DNA of 51,610 nucleotides from a virus, in the IMG/VR virus record IMGVR_UViG_3300019487_000008, positions 1 to 51,610 of that record. The stretch is one strand, 5' to 3'. Below are positions 1 to 7,658 of the stretch, in pieces (position 1 is the stretch's first letter; the number at the start of each line of letters is the position of its first letter). The translations under genes and the position numbers were made by a program. The notes below the pieces were generated by a model that worked only from the letters and a program-made list of their open reading frames with translations, was not told the DNA's origin and ran no database searches.

Positions 1-123
1 ATGGGCCATCAGAGGCAGTCCTCGCATTCCTGCTGCTCTGCGGCGGCCTTCCTATCCCACATGCTAGTACCCTGTCACCGGGTCACGCCCCCGGTCCACT
101 TGATGTTGAAGTTTTCGATGGAG
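1..123. repeat. terminal direct repeat, copy 1 (identical to 51488-51610)
   Basis: Read directly: atgggccatcagaggcag...gttttcgatggag is present at both window ends, 123/123 identical by eye. Confidence 0.9.
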
Positions 124-1863
124 GGAGAACTCCCCAGGAGTGAGCGGCCTTGAGAGCACGTCGTCTGCGTAGGCCATCGCGTCGATCAGGTCTCGGGTCT
201 GTCCGGTAGGGTACTCGACCAGCTCTTGGATGGCGTAGCCAGTCGTGGGGCGGTTGTAGTACCAGAGGCCCTTGGCGTGGGGTCCCTGGAGAGACCGGAT
301 GCGGGTGTCTTTGTCACGACCCTTGGGCTTGAGCGGGATGAACTGGATCTGGAAGGTGGGGTGGCGGCTTCGGAGGATTTCAGACCAAAGGGGCGCGTAG
401 ATGGCTGAGAAGTTGACCTCCTCGATGGCGATGGTGTCGGTGGCCCAGCGTTGTCCGAGGACCACCAAGTGGTCGAGGACGGTGAGGGGGTCTTCGCGTA
501 GGGGGATGGCATCGAGGACGAAGGTACGGCCCCAAGGGTCGCGGGCGAGGACGACAATGCCATTGCGCGCGCGAGGCTCAGCGTTGCGTTCGGTTTTCTT
601 GGAGGGTGCAGGGTCGAAGAAGATGGCCTTGGTCATTCGAGAAAGGGGGATCCTGGGAGGCGGAGGGTCGTCGTCCCAAGCGAGGTCTGCGTGGACGGCC
701 TTGGAGTCGTAGTGGTCGCGGTCGATGACGAACTCGGGCTCGTCGTGTTGGTCGTGAAGGACGGCGCCGTAGTGGATCCAGTCGTGGTCGAAGGAGGTCT
801 CGCGGCCGACCCTGGGGATGCACTGATACTGGGCCGCGAAGATGAAGGGGTCGGATTCGTACATGGTCTTGGCGAGTTCGGTGGGGATGCGGGTGGGGAA
901 GATGGATCGGCCAGCCACCACGTCAGGCTCGCCGGTTTCGGGGTTTTCGAGAAGGGCGCGTTGGTAGATGCGGTACTCGTTGGGCCACTTCTGGACCATG
1001 TGGCTGTATACGTCGTGGTAGCCCCAGCGTGTGCAGCAGATCAGTTGGCAGCCTCCTTCGGCAGGGCGTTCGAGCGGGCGGCAGTGGTCTACGAAGTGGA
1101 TGGCGTCCTCCATGATGGCTGTAGATTGGGAGGCGGGCTCGCCGATGATGTCGTCGAGGACCACGTGGGTGAAGTGCTTGCCGGTGTGGGAGCCCCCGAT
1201 CCCGAAGGGCTCGAAGGTCAGCTCGGAGATGTTGAGGGACTCGCGGCGCAGGAGGAGGCCGGTGTCGCCCCATTTCCAGGTGCGGGGGAGGCTGACACCT
1301 TGGTTGCGGTCCAGCTTGGAGAGGCCAGGGGGTAGGCGTTCAGGCCAGATGACCTGATACAACTCAGAGCGTTCGATGACCTGCTTGAGAGAGCCGATCC
1401 ACGATTTCACCTTGGCTTCCGACTCGGAGAAGATGCCCACGGTGATCTCTGGGTCGAGGGTAGCGCGCCAAAGGCAGTTGGCTCTGGTGGCGAGGCTGGA
1501 CTTGAAGGATTCGCGCGGGACAATGAGCATGAGGCGACGCCAGCTCTGTGACACTTTGTCGCCCTCAGCGACCGGGCGTTCGACCACCTCGCCGCCCTCC
1601 AGCTTTATCAGTCCCCAGGCTGAAAGGAACCGGCAGATGTCCAGGTGGAGGGGCGCGTAGAGGTCCCGGCAGCCGCAGACCCAATAGCTGAACAGGTAGA
1701 GGCCGAGTCCGCTGCGATCCTCGAAGATGGCGCGCAGCCGGGTGAGCTGGTTGGAGGCCAGCTCGTGGGCTCGTCCTTCATCGTGATCGAGGGCGTCGAG
1801 CCAGCCTAGGGCCTCCCGGTCGAGGCCGGCGGGGTCAGGCTGCGGGGTCGGGTCCAGGCTCAC
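64..1863 (-). CDS. terL: terminase large subunit
   Basis: 599 aa. ATPase-type motifs (HVVLDDIIGE Walker-B-like, CCTRWG coupling motif) and C-terminal RNaseH-like nuclease acidic motifs (FFDPAPS, IAIEEVN, DLIDAMAYA). Follows a small HTH ORF; the portal lies downstream across the circular junction. Confidence 0.85.
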   Translation of the reverse strand: MSLDPTPQPDPAGLDREALGWLDALDHDEGRAHELASNQLTRLRAIFEDRSGLGLYLFSYWVCGCRDLYAPLHLDICRFLSAWGLIKLEGGEVVERPVAEGDKVSQSWRRLMLIVPRESFKSSLATRANCLWRATLDPEITVGIFSESEAKVKSWIGSLKQVIERSELYQVIWPERLPPGLSKLDRNQGVSLPRTWKWGDTGLLLRRESLNISELTFEPFGIGGSHTGKHFTHVVLDDIIGEPASQSTAIMEDAIHFVDHCRPLERPAEGGCQLICCTRWGYHDVYSHMVQKWPNEYRIYQRALLENPETGEPDVVAGRSIFPTRIPTELAKTMYESDPFIFAAQYQCIPRVGRETSFDHDWIHYGAVLHDQHDEPEFVIDRDHYDSKAVHADLAWDDDPPPPRIPLSRMTKAIFFDPAPSKKTERNAEPRARNGIVVLARDPWGRTFVLDAIPLREDPLTVLDHLVVLGQRWATDTIAIEEVNFSAIYAPLWSEILRSRHPTFQIQFIPLKPKGRDKDTRIRSLQGPHAKGLWYYNRPTTGYAIQELVEYPTGQTRDLIDAMAYADDVLSRPLTPGEFSLHRKLQHQVDRGRDPVTGY

Positions 1864-2455
1864 TGTCTGTCTCGCCGGCCGTCTCGTCGGAGGCCGGGTT
1901 GGTGGTGGGGTCGGGCGGCCCCACGAACGGGATGCCGGTTGAGAGGGTGGAACGGACCCGCGACTCCAAGGGGCGCATCCCTGCGAGGACAGGCTTCAAG
2001 GTCTCCACCATGTTGGCCATCTTGCCGATCGAGTCCACGAAGGATTCGGGGAGCTGGACGTTCACGGTGGCGCCTTCGTGGTCACGGCCATCGCTGGGCC
2101 TGGGGAGGGTGCGATCGACCCACCACTTGGCGGTGGAGAGGCGCGTGGGGATGTCCTTGGAATGGAGGCCGTCGTGTTCGAGGACCCGGATGGCCTCGTC
2201 GAGCTGCTCGATCATTCGGAAGCGGGAGACAACGAGGGCGCGGGTGAGCGAGCCGGCGGCCACAGCCTTGCGGTCCTGCATGTCTGGGTCGTGCAGGTCG
2301 AGGCCGCGGACGCGGTTCAACGGCAGGCGGAAGGCAGCGGCGATCTCGTGGTAGGAGACACCCACCGTCAGAAGGCGGGCGATGTGGTCGAGCTGGGTCT
2401 CGGAGAGGTGGATCCGGGAGGGCGCCTCGACGATCCGGCCGGAGACAGGGCTCAT
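1835..2455 (-). CDS. putative terminase small subunit (HTH protein)
   Basis: 206 aa with AGGAGGA SD just upstream. N-terminal HTH-like segment (ETQLDHIARLLTVGVSYHEIAAAFRL). 29-nt overlap with terL. Assignment is by position. Confidence 0.5.
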   Translation of the reverse strand: MSPVSGRIVEAPSRIHLSETQLDHIARLLTVGVSYHEIAAAFRLPLNRVRGLDLHDPDMQDRKAVAAGSLTRALVVSRFRMIEQLDEAIRVLEHDGLHSKDIPTRLSTAKWWVDRTLPRPSDGRDHEGATVNVQLPESFVDSIGKMANMVETLKPVLAGMRPLESRVRSTLSTGIPFVGPPDPTTNPASDETAGETDSEPGPDPAA

Positions 2456-2565
2456 GGGATCCTCCTGGTGTCGAGCAGGGCGGCCGTTGGGTCAGGCTGC
2501 CGGACTGGGGCGCGGCACAGATGTGACCTGGATCACAGGACCGCCACCTGTGCCGCCTCCCCAGC

Positions 2566-2609
2566 CAGCCTCAGCCTTCACGGCAGCCTCAGCCTTCACA
2601 GCAGCCTTC
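2566..2609. repeat. 18-bp tandem repeat (cagcctcagccttcac x2 plus a partial copy)
   Basis: cagcctcagccttcac at 2566-2581 and 2584-2599, then cagccttc at 2602-2609. Confidence 0.8.
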
Positions 2610-2691
2610 GGGCAGGGGAGCCTCCCCGTGAGGGAACTCTACCACGGTCTGGTGTGGGGTTTCCACTACATCATTTCCCGACAACCTTCTT

Positions 2692-2823
2692 GTTGCGCGA
2701 AAAACTTTCTGCCCGTGAGTGTTGCGCGAAATCCCTTGTGGTGGGTGAGGGGTTGCGCGAAAAACACTGTCGTGTGCCCCGCGGGGACCCCTCGACCAGA
2801 GAACCCTTTTGTTCCGCGAAAAG
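2692..2823 (+). promoter_or_regulatory. four phased copies of GTT(G/C)CGCGAAA
   Basis: gttgcgcgaaa starts at 2692, 2721 and 2752; gttccgcgaaa starts at 2811. Spacings are 29, 31 and 59 bp (about 3 or 6 helical turns). The sites lie 240-370 bp upstream of the terS start on the opposite strand. Confidence 0.5.
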
Positions 2824-2882
2824 GATTTCGCTCACGTTCGCCCCTGTGTGGAGGGTGGGGGCGGGTCGTTCCCGCGGGGACC

Positions 2883-2969
2883 TTCAGGCTGTGGCGAAAT
2901 GGGACACCCCACGGGGACCCCCACGAGGACCCCCACGGGGTGTGGCGAAATGGGACACTGCAGCCTGAA
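2883..2969. repeat. 18-bp direct repeat (tgtggcgaaatgggacac x2) bracketed by a 9-bp inverted repeat
   Basis: Direct repeats at 2890-2907 and 2941-2958. Inverted arms ttcaggctg (2883-2891) and cagcctgaa (2961-2969). Interior has ggacccccacg(g/a)g reiterations. Confidence 0.8.
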
Positions 2970-3246
2970 ATGGCGTAGGGAATACCCCACAGTTTGGCCC
3001 ATACCGTAGGGAAATAGCCCCATAATTAACCCCCCCTGGCGCCCCCCCGGTGTCGGTCCTCTGACAGCAGAGCCCAGCCCACCGGGCCGACCCCCCTATA
3101 GGGGGTATATCAGTAAACAAGCCTAACCCCTCGCCACCAAAAGGGAAATACCCCCTAATAGGCAATAGGACGGGGGGGCCTCATGCGTATATGGACGAGC
3201 GTACGTCCCCGCGGGGACGAACATCTGCGAACGTCCGTAGGGTTTT

Positions 3247-3285
<39 letters not shown>

Positions 3286-3345
3286 CTACCTACTAACAAC
3301 CAAAAACCCTTATCAATCGCCAGGGTTTATTGACATACCGATAGA

Positions 3346-3359
3346 CTCCGATATCGGAG
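3346..3359. promoter_or_regulatory. 14-bp perfect palindrome ctccgatatcggag (two TCCGAT half-sites)
   Basis: Read directly. Lies 10 nt downstream of a perfect TTGACA hexamer (3330-3335). Shares the TCCGAT core with the motif clusters at 7368-7413 and 8719-8836. Confidence 0.5.
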
Positions 3360-3395
3360 GGTGGTTTTCCCCACACCCCCGCGTCCCCCCCCATG

Positions 3396-3620
3396 CTTTG
3401 TAGGTTTTTCACCCCGTAGGCTCCCCACCCCGTAGGTCCAACGCTACGTAGGCCTAATACCACGTAGGGTCAGACCCACGTAGGACCACCCACCCGTAGG
3501 CCCCTCACCACGTGGGGTTTTAACCACCGTGGGTCAAACAACACGGGGGGTTTCACACCCGTGGTGCTTTGCACCCGTAGGGCTCCACACCCGTGGGGTT
3601 TTCCCCCCACCCGTAGGGTT
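3396..3620 (+). repeat. iteron-like array: 14 units of (C/A)C(C/A)CGT(A/G)GG core plus a variable ~7-nt spacer, 16-bp register
   Basis: GT(A/G)GG cores start at 3400, 3416, 3432, 3448, 3464, 3480, 3496, 3512, 3529, 3545 (degenerate), 3561, 3577, 3593 and 3613. All are in the same orientation. Confidence 0.85.
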
Positions 3621-3753
3621 TCCCCCACAAGCGTCAACGCTCGTCAACCCCCTGGGGGGCGCTGTGGCACCCTGCCACAGGAGTGGGGCGGAATGGTGCC
3701 CCATAGGGTGGGAAAGCCCCGTTCTAGCGCGCCGTGGGGGCCTCTGGAGTGGC

Positions 3754-3933
3754 ATGGCGATTGCAGTAGAAACCAAATGGCGCGATTGGGCTCGCGAGGC
3801 AGCTTCGGAGGGCGACCGCCGCTGGTGGTCGCGCTGCTGCGGTTTTGTCCGCTCGGCCGAGCGAATCTACAGGGAGATCCGGCTCACGGAGCCCTGCCGG
3901 TGTGACATTTGCAGTGAGCCCGAGAGGAGGTAA
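3754..3933 (+). CDS. hypothetical small Cys-containing protein
   Basis: 59-aa ORF from the internal ATG of track ORF 3529-3933, with GGAG upstream. Its stop sits just before the SD of the next gene. First plausible ORF after the repeat region. Confidence 0.35.
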   Translation: MAIAVETKWRDWAREAASEGDRRWWSRCCGFVRSAERIYREIRLTEPCRCDICSEPERR

Positions 3934-3938
3934 GGACC

Positions 3939-4208
3939 ATGACCTATCGCACCTACAACCCACACGACTGTACCAGTTCCGGCTACGAGGCACGCTCCAC
4001 GTCGCACGGCCGCATCATCGTCACCTACCGCACACGGTGGCGGTGGGAATTGACCGGGCGCTCCTGGAGCCTGCCGAGGGATGCTACGCGGCGCGGGCTC
4101 CGGTATACGGCAGTTGAACTCGCGGAAGCAATCTGCAAGGTAGATGAGTGTCTGGAGGAAGGGCGGAGTCCCGGCCGATTGCTCCGCAGGGGAATCGTCG
4201 TCCGGTGA
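3939..4208 (+). CDS. hypothetical protein
   Basis: 89 aa with strong SD GAGGAGG upstream. No motif recognised. Confidence 0.55.
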   Translation: MTYRTYNPHDCTSSGYEARSTSHGRIIVTYRTRWRWELTGRSWSLPRDATRRGLRYTAVELAEAICKVDECLEEGRSPGRLLRRGIVVR

Positions 4209-4279
4209 GGATCGCCATATCCCCGATCCCCGCGAGCCTGACGGCGCGGGGATGCGGGATCGGGTAAGGAGTAAAAAAC

Positions 4280-4909
4280 ATGACGAGGAACGCGAAGGAG
4301 AACGACTATTGCCCGGTGATTGCCGCCTTCATCTGCTCCTGGAACGATTCGCTCCCCGATCAGGATCGCACTCGGCTACTCACACCGCTGCTGCCGCGGC
4401 TAGTCGGCACGCGTTCTACGCCCGAAATCGAGCAACGCCGCAGCTACCTGGCGCTCGACTGGCTGGTGCGCACGTATACGTCGGCGTGGCTCGACCTCGT
4501 GGAAGCGTGCAAGGCGGATGCCGCAGCCCTGCGCGCGCTGGCACCCGTGCTCGACGAGGCGGCGGCAAAGAGTGCGCTCTCGACGATCCGGCATGCGCGA
4601 GACGCCACGTGCGACGCGATGTACGCCGCGTGGGCCGCGGAAGACCCCTGGGACTGGGACGAGAGGGCTGCGAAAGACGCCACGTGGGCTGCGGCGGACG
4701 CCGCGATGTACGCCGCACAGGCCGCGTGGGCTGCTGGGGAGGCCGCGTGGGACGCGGGGGACGCCGCAAGGGTCGCCCGGGCCGCCGGGGCCGCTAGGGC
4801 CGTTGGGGCCGCCTGGGCCGCCAGGGCCAGGCTGCGTCCGGTCGTCATAGACCTCCAGGCGAGCGCACTCCGGCTCATCGACTCCATGCTCGCAGAGCAC
4901 GCGGCGTAG
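4280..4909 (+). CDS. Ala/Trp/Asp-rich repeat protein
   Basis: 209 aa with SD AAGGAG. The C-terminal half is degenerate helical repeats (MYAAWAAEDPWDW, ATWAAADAAMYAAQAAWAAGEAAWDAGDAARVARAAGAARAVGAAWAAR). All six frames are open here because of composition. Confidence 0.6.
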   Translation: MTRNAKENDYCPVIAAFICSWNDSLPDQDRTRLLTPLLPRLVGTRSTPEIEQRRSYLALDWLVRTYTSAWLDLVEACKADAAALRALAPVLDEAAAKSALSTIRHARDATCDAMYAAWAAEDPWDWDERAAKDATWAAADAAMYAAQAAWAAGEAAWDAGDAARVARAAGAARAVGAAWAARARLRPVVIDLQASALRLIDSMLAEHAA

Positions 4910-4938
4910 CCCAACGGAAGCGCCCGAAAGGAAAAACA

Positions 4939-5661
4939 ATGTCAAATTGGAAAACAATCGAAACCATCCTACGTGCCATGCCGCTCCCTCACTTTTCTAC
5001 GCTGCTGCTGTATGGCCCGCCGGCTAGCGGGAAGACGTGGGCAGCCGAAACGATGGGGCAAGACGGCCCCGTCTTTTCGGTCACCGCGACCCCGGACACG
5101 CCGGCCGCCGAACTGAGGGGATTCTACGCTCCCTCGGCGGAGGGAATCCGCTGGCATGACGGGGTGGCAACCCTCGCAATGCGCGCGGGCCGCCGGCTCT
5201 GCCTCCATGAGGTAGACCTATTCGGAGCCGACTGTCTCGGGTTGCTCTACATGGTCCTTGACTCGCCCCAATCCTGCTCGCTCACGCTGCCGACGGGTGA
5301 GACGCTACGGCCGGCTCCTGGATTCCACGTAGTCTGCACGTCAAATGTCGCGAGCCCCGACGAACTGCCCGACGCAATCCGCTCCCGACTCCCTGTGGCG
5401 CTCCACGTCGGAACGCCGCACGAGTCGGCTTTCGTGGGGCTCCCGAAGGACCTCCAACTGCCCGCACGTACGACCGCGAGTCTCGCCGATCCGGCCCGCC
5501 GGATCGACTTGCGGTCGTGGCTTGCCTTCGCAGCCCTGCGACCGCTTCTCGGCTTGGACGCTGCGAGCGTGGCGGTTCTGGGCCCGCGTGCCGAGGGGAT
5601 ACGAGACGCTCTTACCCTGGGGAGCGCAGCCTCGGACGCCGAGGAGTCGAACAATGAGTGA
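4939..5661 (+). CDS. MoxR-like AAA+ ATPase (AAA_5 type)
   Basis: 240 aa. Walker A GPPASGKT, Walker B RLCLHEVD, sensor/arginine region VVCTSN...AIRSRL. SD AAAGGA upstream. Confidence 0.8.
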   Translation: MSNWKTIETILRAMPLPHFSTLLLYGPPASGKTWAAETMGQDGPVFSVTATPDTPAAELRGFYAPSAEGIRWHDGVATLAMRAGRRLCLHEVDLFGADCLGLLYMVLDSPQSCSLTLPTGETLRPAPGFHVVCTSNVASPDELPDAIRSRLPVALHVGTPHESAFVGLPKDLQLPARTTASLADPARRIDLRSWLAFAALRPLLGLDAASVAVLGPRAEGIRDALTLGSAASDAEESNNE

Positions 5662-7114
5662 CAAGGGCGAAGGGCTGTTCTACTACCCCTATCCAGAACT
5701 ACTAGCGGTGATGCGCCGCCGGTTCAATCGGGGGCGCAAACCCAACTGGGTAACAAAGAAATGGGAAGTCTCACGGACACCCCACCCTCGAATGTCGTTT
5801 CAGGATCGCGTGCTCGAATACGCGTGCCCTTGGACGGCGCGACACGAGGAAGCCCATCTCGCGTTCTCTCGCGAGAGGCCCGCGCGGTCCGGCAGTCCCT
5901 TTGAGCGGGCCTGCCTGAACGCAAGCGAAGACGCACGAGTCAATACGCTTGCCGCGCGGGCTGGGGTTAGCACGTTTGGAGGGCCATTCGTCGCAACTGC
6001 ACTGATGCAAGTCGCGAAAATGCCCGACCCGAGACTCCGGTATCTAGGGGCTCTGTCGGTCACAGGGTCTCTCTACGGGGACGGTCAGACTCTCACTGCG
6101 GAAGCTATAGCTGAGGCATTGAACCTCCCTCCCGATGCTATGCCGATGCTAGCTTCCCATGCTGCGCGGATTCGAGCAGCTGCGGCCGACCCGCAAGTAG
6201 CCGAAGCAGTAGGCCGGGAACTGTACCGCCTGTTCGGCGAGGCTGGCGAGCCTGAACCCGAGTCCAAGCCGAAGCCCGAGTCCGAGTCCGAGTCCGAGTC
6301 CAAGCTTGAGCCTAAGCCTGAGCCCTCCGACAAGAGTAAGGATGACGAGGGCGAGGGGAAGGCTAAGGGAGAATCGAAGCCCTCAAGCCCCAGCCCGCTC
6401 CTGAAGGCTTCAATCACTTGGTACCAGGAAGCAAAGGGAAAGCGGGGCCCTGTTGATGATACGGAGATTGGAGTACTCGCCGATACGGAAATTGGAGTAC
6501 TCGCGCGACCGCCTCGGGTAGTGTGGGGCAAGATGCAATTGCACACGCTGCCGTTGACCCGCCTCACGACCCAGCCTGGAATGCGCTCCGTGACATACCG
6601 TGACTCGGGGGACCGTATTGACCCTGGGCGCCTCGCGCTCCCGAACCGGTTTCGCACCGTGACGAGCGGGCGGACGGGACGGTGGCGTGGAGGGTCGATT
6701 CTCATTGACACGTCTGGGTCAATGAACATGAAAACAGATGTACTACTGCAAGCTATCGCAGGCATGCCTGCGAGCACCGTAGTGGCGATGTATTCCGCGC
6801 GAAGGGGGGGGACCGGCACCGTAACAGTCCTAGCCCGCGGTGGGCGGATCGCCCATCATGAAGTCATTAGGCGGGCGCGGGCCTATGCAGGGCCCGAAAA
6901 CGTAATTGATGGCCCTGCCCTAGAGTGGCTCGGGCACCAACCCGGGCCGCGATGGTGGGTCAGCGACGGGAAAGCAACGGGGGTGCCAGCCGAGCGCCCC
7001 GAGAGCGGGGAATCCGCTCTCCAAGTCAAAGAGGCCGCCGCCATCGCAGCCTACCACCGGATTCGCCGAGTCGAGACGCTTGAAGACTTCGCCGCCCTCA
7101 TGCGGCGCCGCTGA
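5654..7114 (+). CDS. HExxH metallopeptidase-like N-domain + VWA-like C-domain protein (MoxR partner; DUF2201-type architecture)
   Basis: 486 aa from the internal ATG with GAGGAG upstream, overlapping the ATPase stop. N-terminal RHEEAHLAF...LNASEDARVNTL. Acidic/Lys low-complexity linker. C-terminal MIDAS-like ILIDTSGSM and later VSDG. Confidence 0.75.
   Translation: MSDKGEGLFYYPYPELLAVMRRRFNRGRKPNWVTKKWEVSRTPHPRMSFQDRVLEYACPWTARHEEAHLAFSRERPARSGSPFERACLNASEDARVNTLAARAGVSTFGGPFVATALMQVAKMPDPRLRYLGALSVTGSLYGDGQTLTAEAIAEALNLPPDAMPMLASHAARIRAAAADPQVAEAVGRELYRLFGEAGEPEPESKPKPESESESESKLEPKPEPSDKSKDDEGEGKAKGESKPSSPSPLLKASITWYQEAKGKRGPVDDTEIGVLADTEIGVLARPPRVVWGKMQLHTLPLTRLTTQPGMRSVTYRDSGDRIDPGRLALPNRFRTVTSGRTGRWRGGSILIDTSGSMNMKTDVLLQAIAGMPASTVVAMYSARRGGTGTVTVLARGGRIAHHEVIRRARAYAGPENVIDGPALEWLGHQPGPRWWVSDGKATGVPAERPESGESALQVKEAAAIAAYHRIRRVETLEDFAALMRRR
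6278..6301 (+). repeat. (gagtcc)x4 hexanucleotide repeat inside the VWA-protein linker
   Basis: Encodes ESESESES; read directly. Confidence 0.85.
6458..6505 (+). repeat. 24-bp tandem duplication inside the VWA-protein linker
   Basis: gatacggagattggagtactcgcc followed by gatacggaaattggagtactcgcg. Encodes DTEIGVLA twice. Confidence 0.9.
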
Positions 7115-7120
7115 CCCATC

Positions 7121-7174
7121 GGAGCCAGCCCTTCCTGGGGAAATACCCTTTGGAGGGGCTGGCTCCCTTTTTTT
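7121..7174 (+). terminator. intrinsic terminator after the MoxR/VWA operon
   Basis: ggagccagccc (7121-7131) pairs with gggctggctcc (7156-7166). The interior can extend the helix (uucc/ggag, gggg/cccu). Followed by c plus T7 (7168-7174). Confidence 0.75.
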
Positions 7175-7240
7175 GCCCTCAAAACGACGTAGGGGAACCT
7201 CTACGCTCCCGCCCGCCGCATTCCTGGGGCACCCTGGGGC

Positions 7241-7269
7241 TTGACTCCCCAACCCTGGGGCTATATGTT
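7241..7269 (+). promoter_or_regulatory. sigma70-like promoter candidate
   Basis: TTGACT (7241-7246), 17-nt spacer, TATGTT (7264-7269). Lies downstream of the terminator and upstream of the 7461 gene set. Confidence 0.4.
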
Positions 7270-7367
7270 ACGCACTGTGACCGATTACCCCACCAGGGAA
7301 GCCCCCTTAGCCCCTCGTGGGCGCCGGCGGCAGCCCTACGCTGAGCCGAGAGCCTTCGGCCCCACGA

Positions 7368-7413
7368 ATCTTCCGATTTCGTGAGCCGATCGGAGAAATT
7401 ATCTTCCGATTTC
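7368..7413 (+). promoter_or_regulatory. two copies of ATCTTCCGATTTC flanking a ccgatcgg palindrome
   Basis: atcttccgatttc at 7368-7380 and 7401-7413, with gagccgatcggagaa between them. Located in the leader of the 7461 operon. Confidence 0.55.
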
Positions 7414-7414
7414 A

Positions 7415-7445
7415 GGCACCCTCAAACAACGGCACCCTCAAACAA
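7415..7445 (+). repeat. 16-bp tandem repeat ggcaccctcaaacaa(c) x2
   Basis: Copies at 7415-7429 and 7431-7445, immediately upstream of the SD of the 7461 gene. Confidence 0.85.
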
Positions 7446-7460
7446 AAGGAAAACCCCCGT

Positions 7461-7655
7461 ATGACCCCCGACATAACCATCCAGAACCACGGATCGATCT
7501 TCCTGTTTGTCACCCACACCGAAACCGCCTCCCAATGGATCGCCGACCATCTCCCCGAGGATCGTATCGAATACGCCGGCGGCGTGGCGGTCGAGCATCG
7601 CTACGCTCGCGACTTGGCCGCCGGAATGCTCGCCGACGGCCTCAAGGTGGAGTGA
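7461..7655 (+). CDS. hypothetical protein
   Basis: 64 aa from the internal ATG of track ORF 7317-7655, with AAAGGAAAA upstream. The upstream part of the track ORF reads through regulatory repeats. Confidence 0.5.
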   Translation: MTPDITIQNHGSIFLFVTHTETASQWIADHLPEDRIEYAGGVAVEHRYARDLAAGMLADGLKVE

Positions 7656-7658
7656 CCC

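Noticed and set aside
1-123. The terminal repeat as a genuine T7-like direct terminal repeat
   Set aside because: It lies within terL coding sequence and the start of the next gene rather than in a non-coding end region. It cannot be excluded without read-terminus data, so it is reported only as redundancy.
3396-3620. Could the periodic array be a CRISPR or mini-CRISPR array?
   Set aside because: Units are only 16 bp, with an ~9-nt conserved core and ~7-nt variable part. That is far below CRISPR repeat/spacer sizes. The core is degenerate and there is no leader or cas context.
4400-4957. Six simultaneously open frames (both strands) over the Ala/Trp-repeat gene, possibly overlapping genes
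   Set aside because: The GCC/GCG/GGC-rich repeat composition removes stop codons in all frames. Only the 4280-4909 frame has an SD and a non-repetitive N-domain.
5345-5653. N-terminal 103-codon extension of the VWA-protein ORF (the track starts it at 5345)
   Set aside because: The extension overlaps the AAA+ ATPase gene out of frame and is Arg/Ser/Pro-rich. An ATG with GAGGAG at 5654 overlaps the ATPase stop, a pattern seen throughout this genome.
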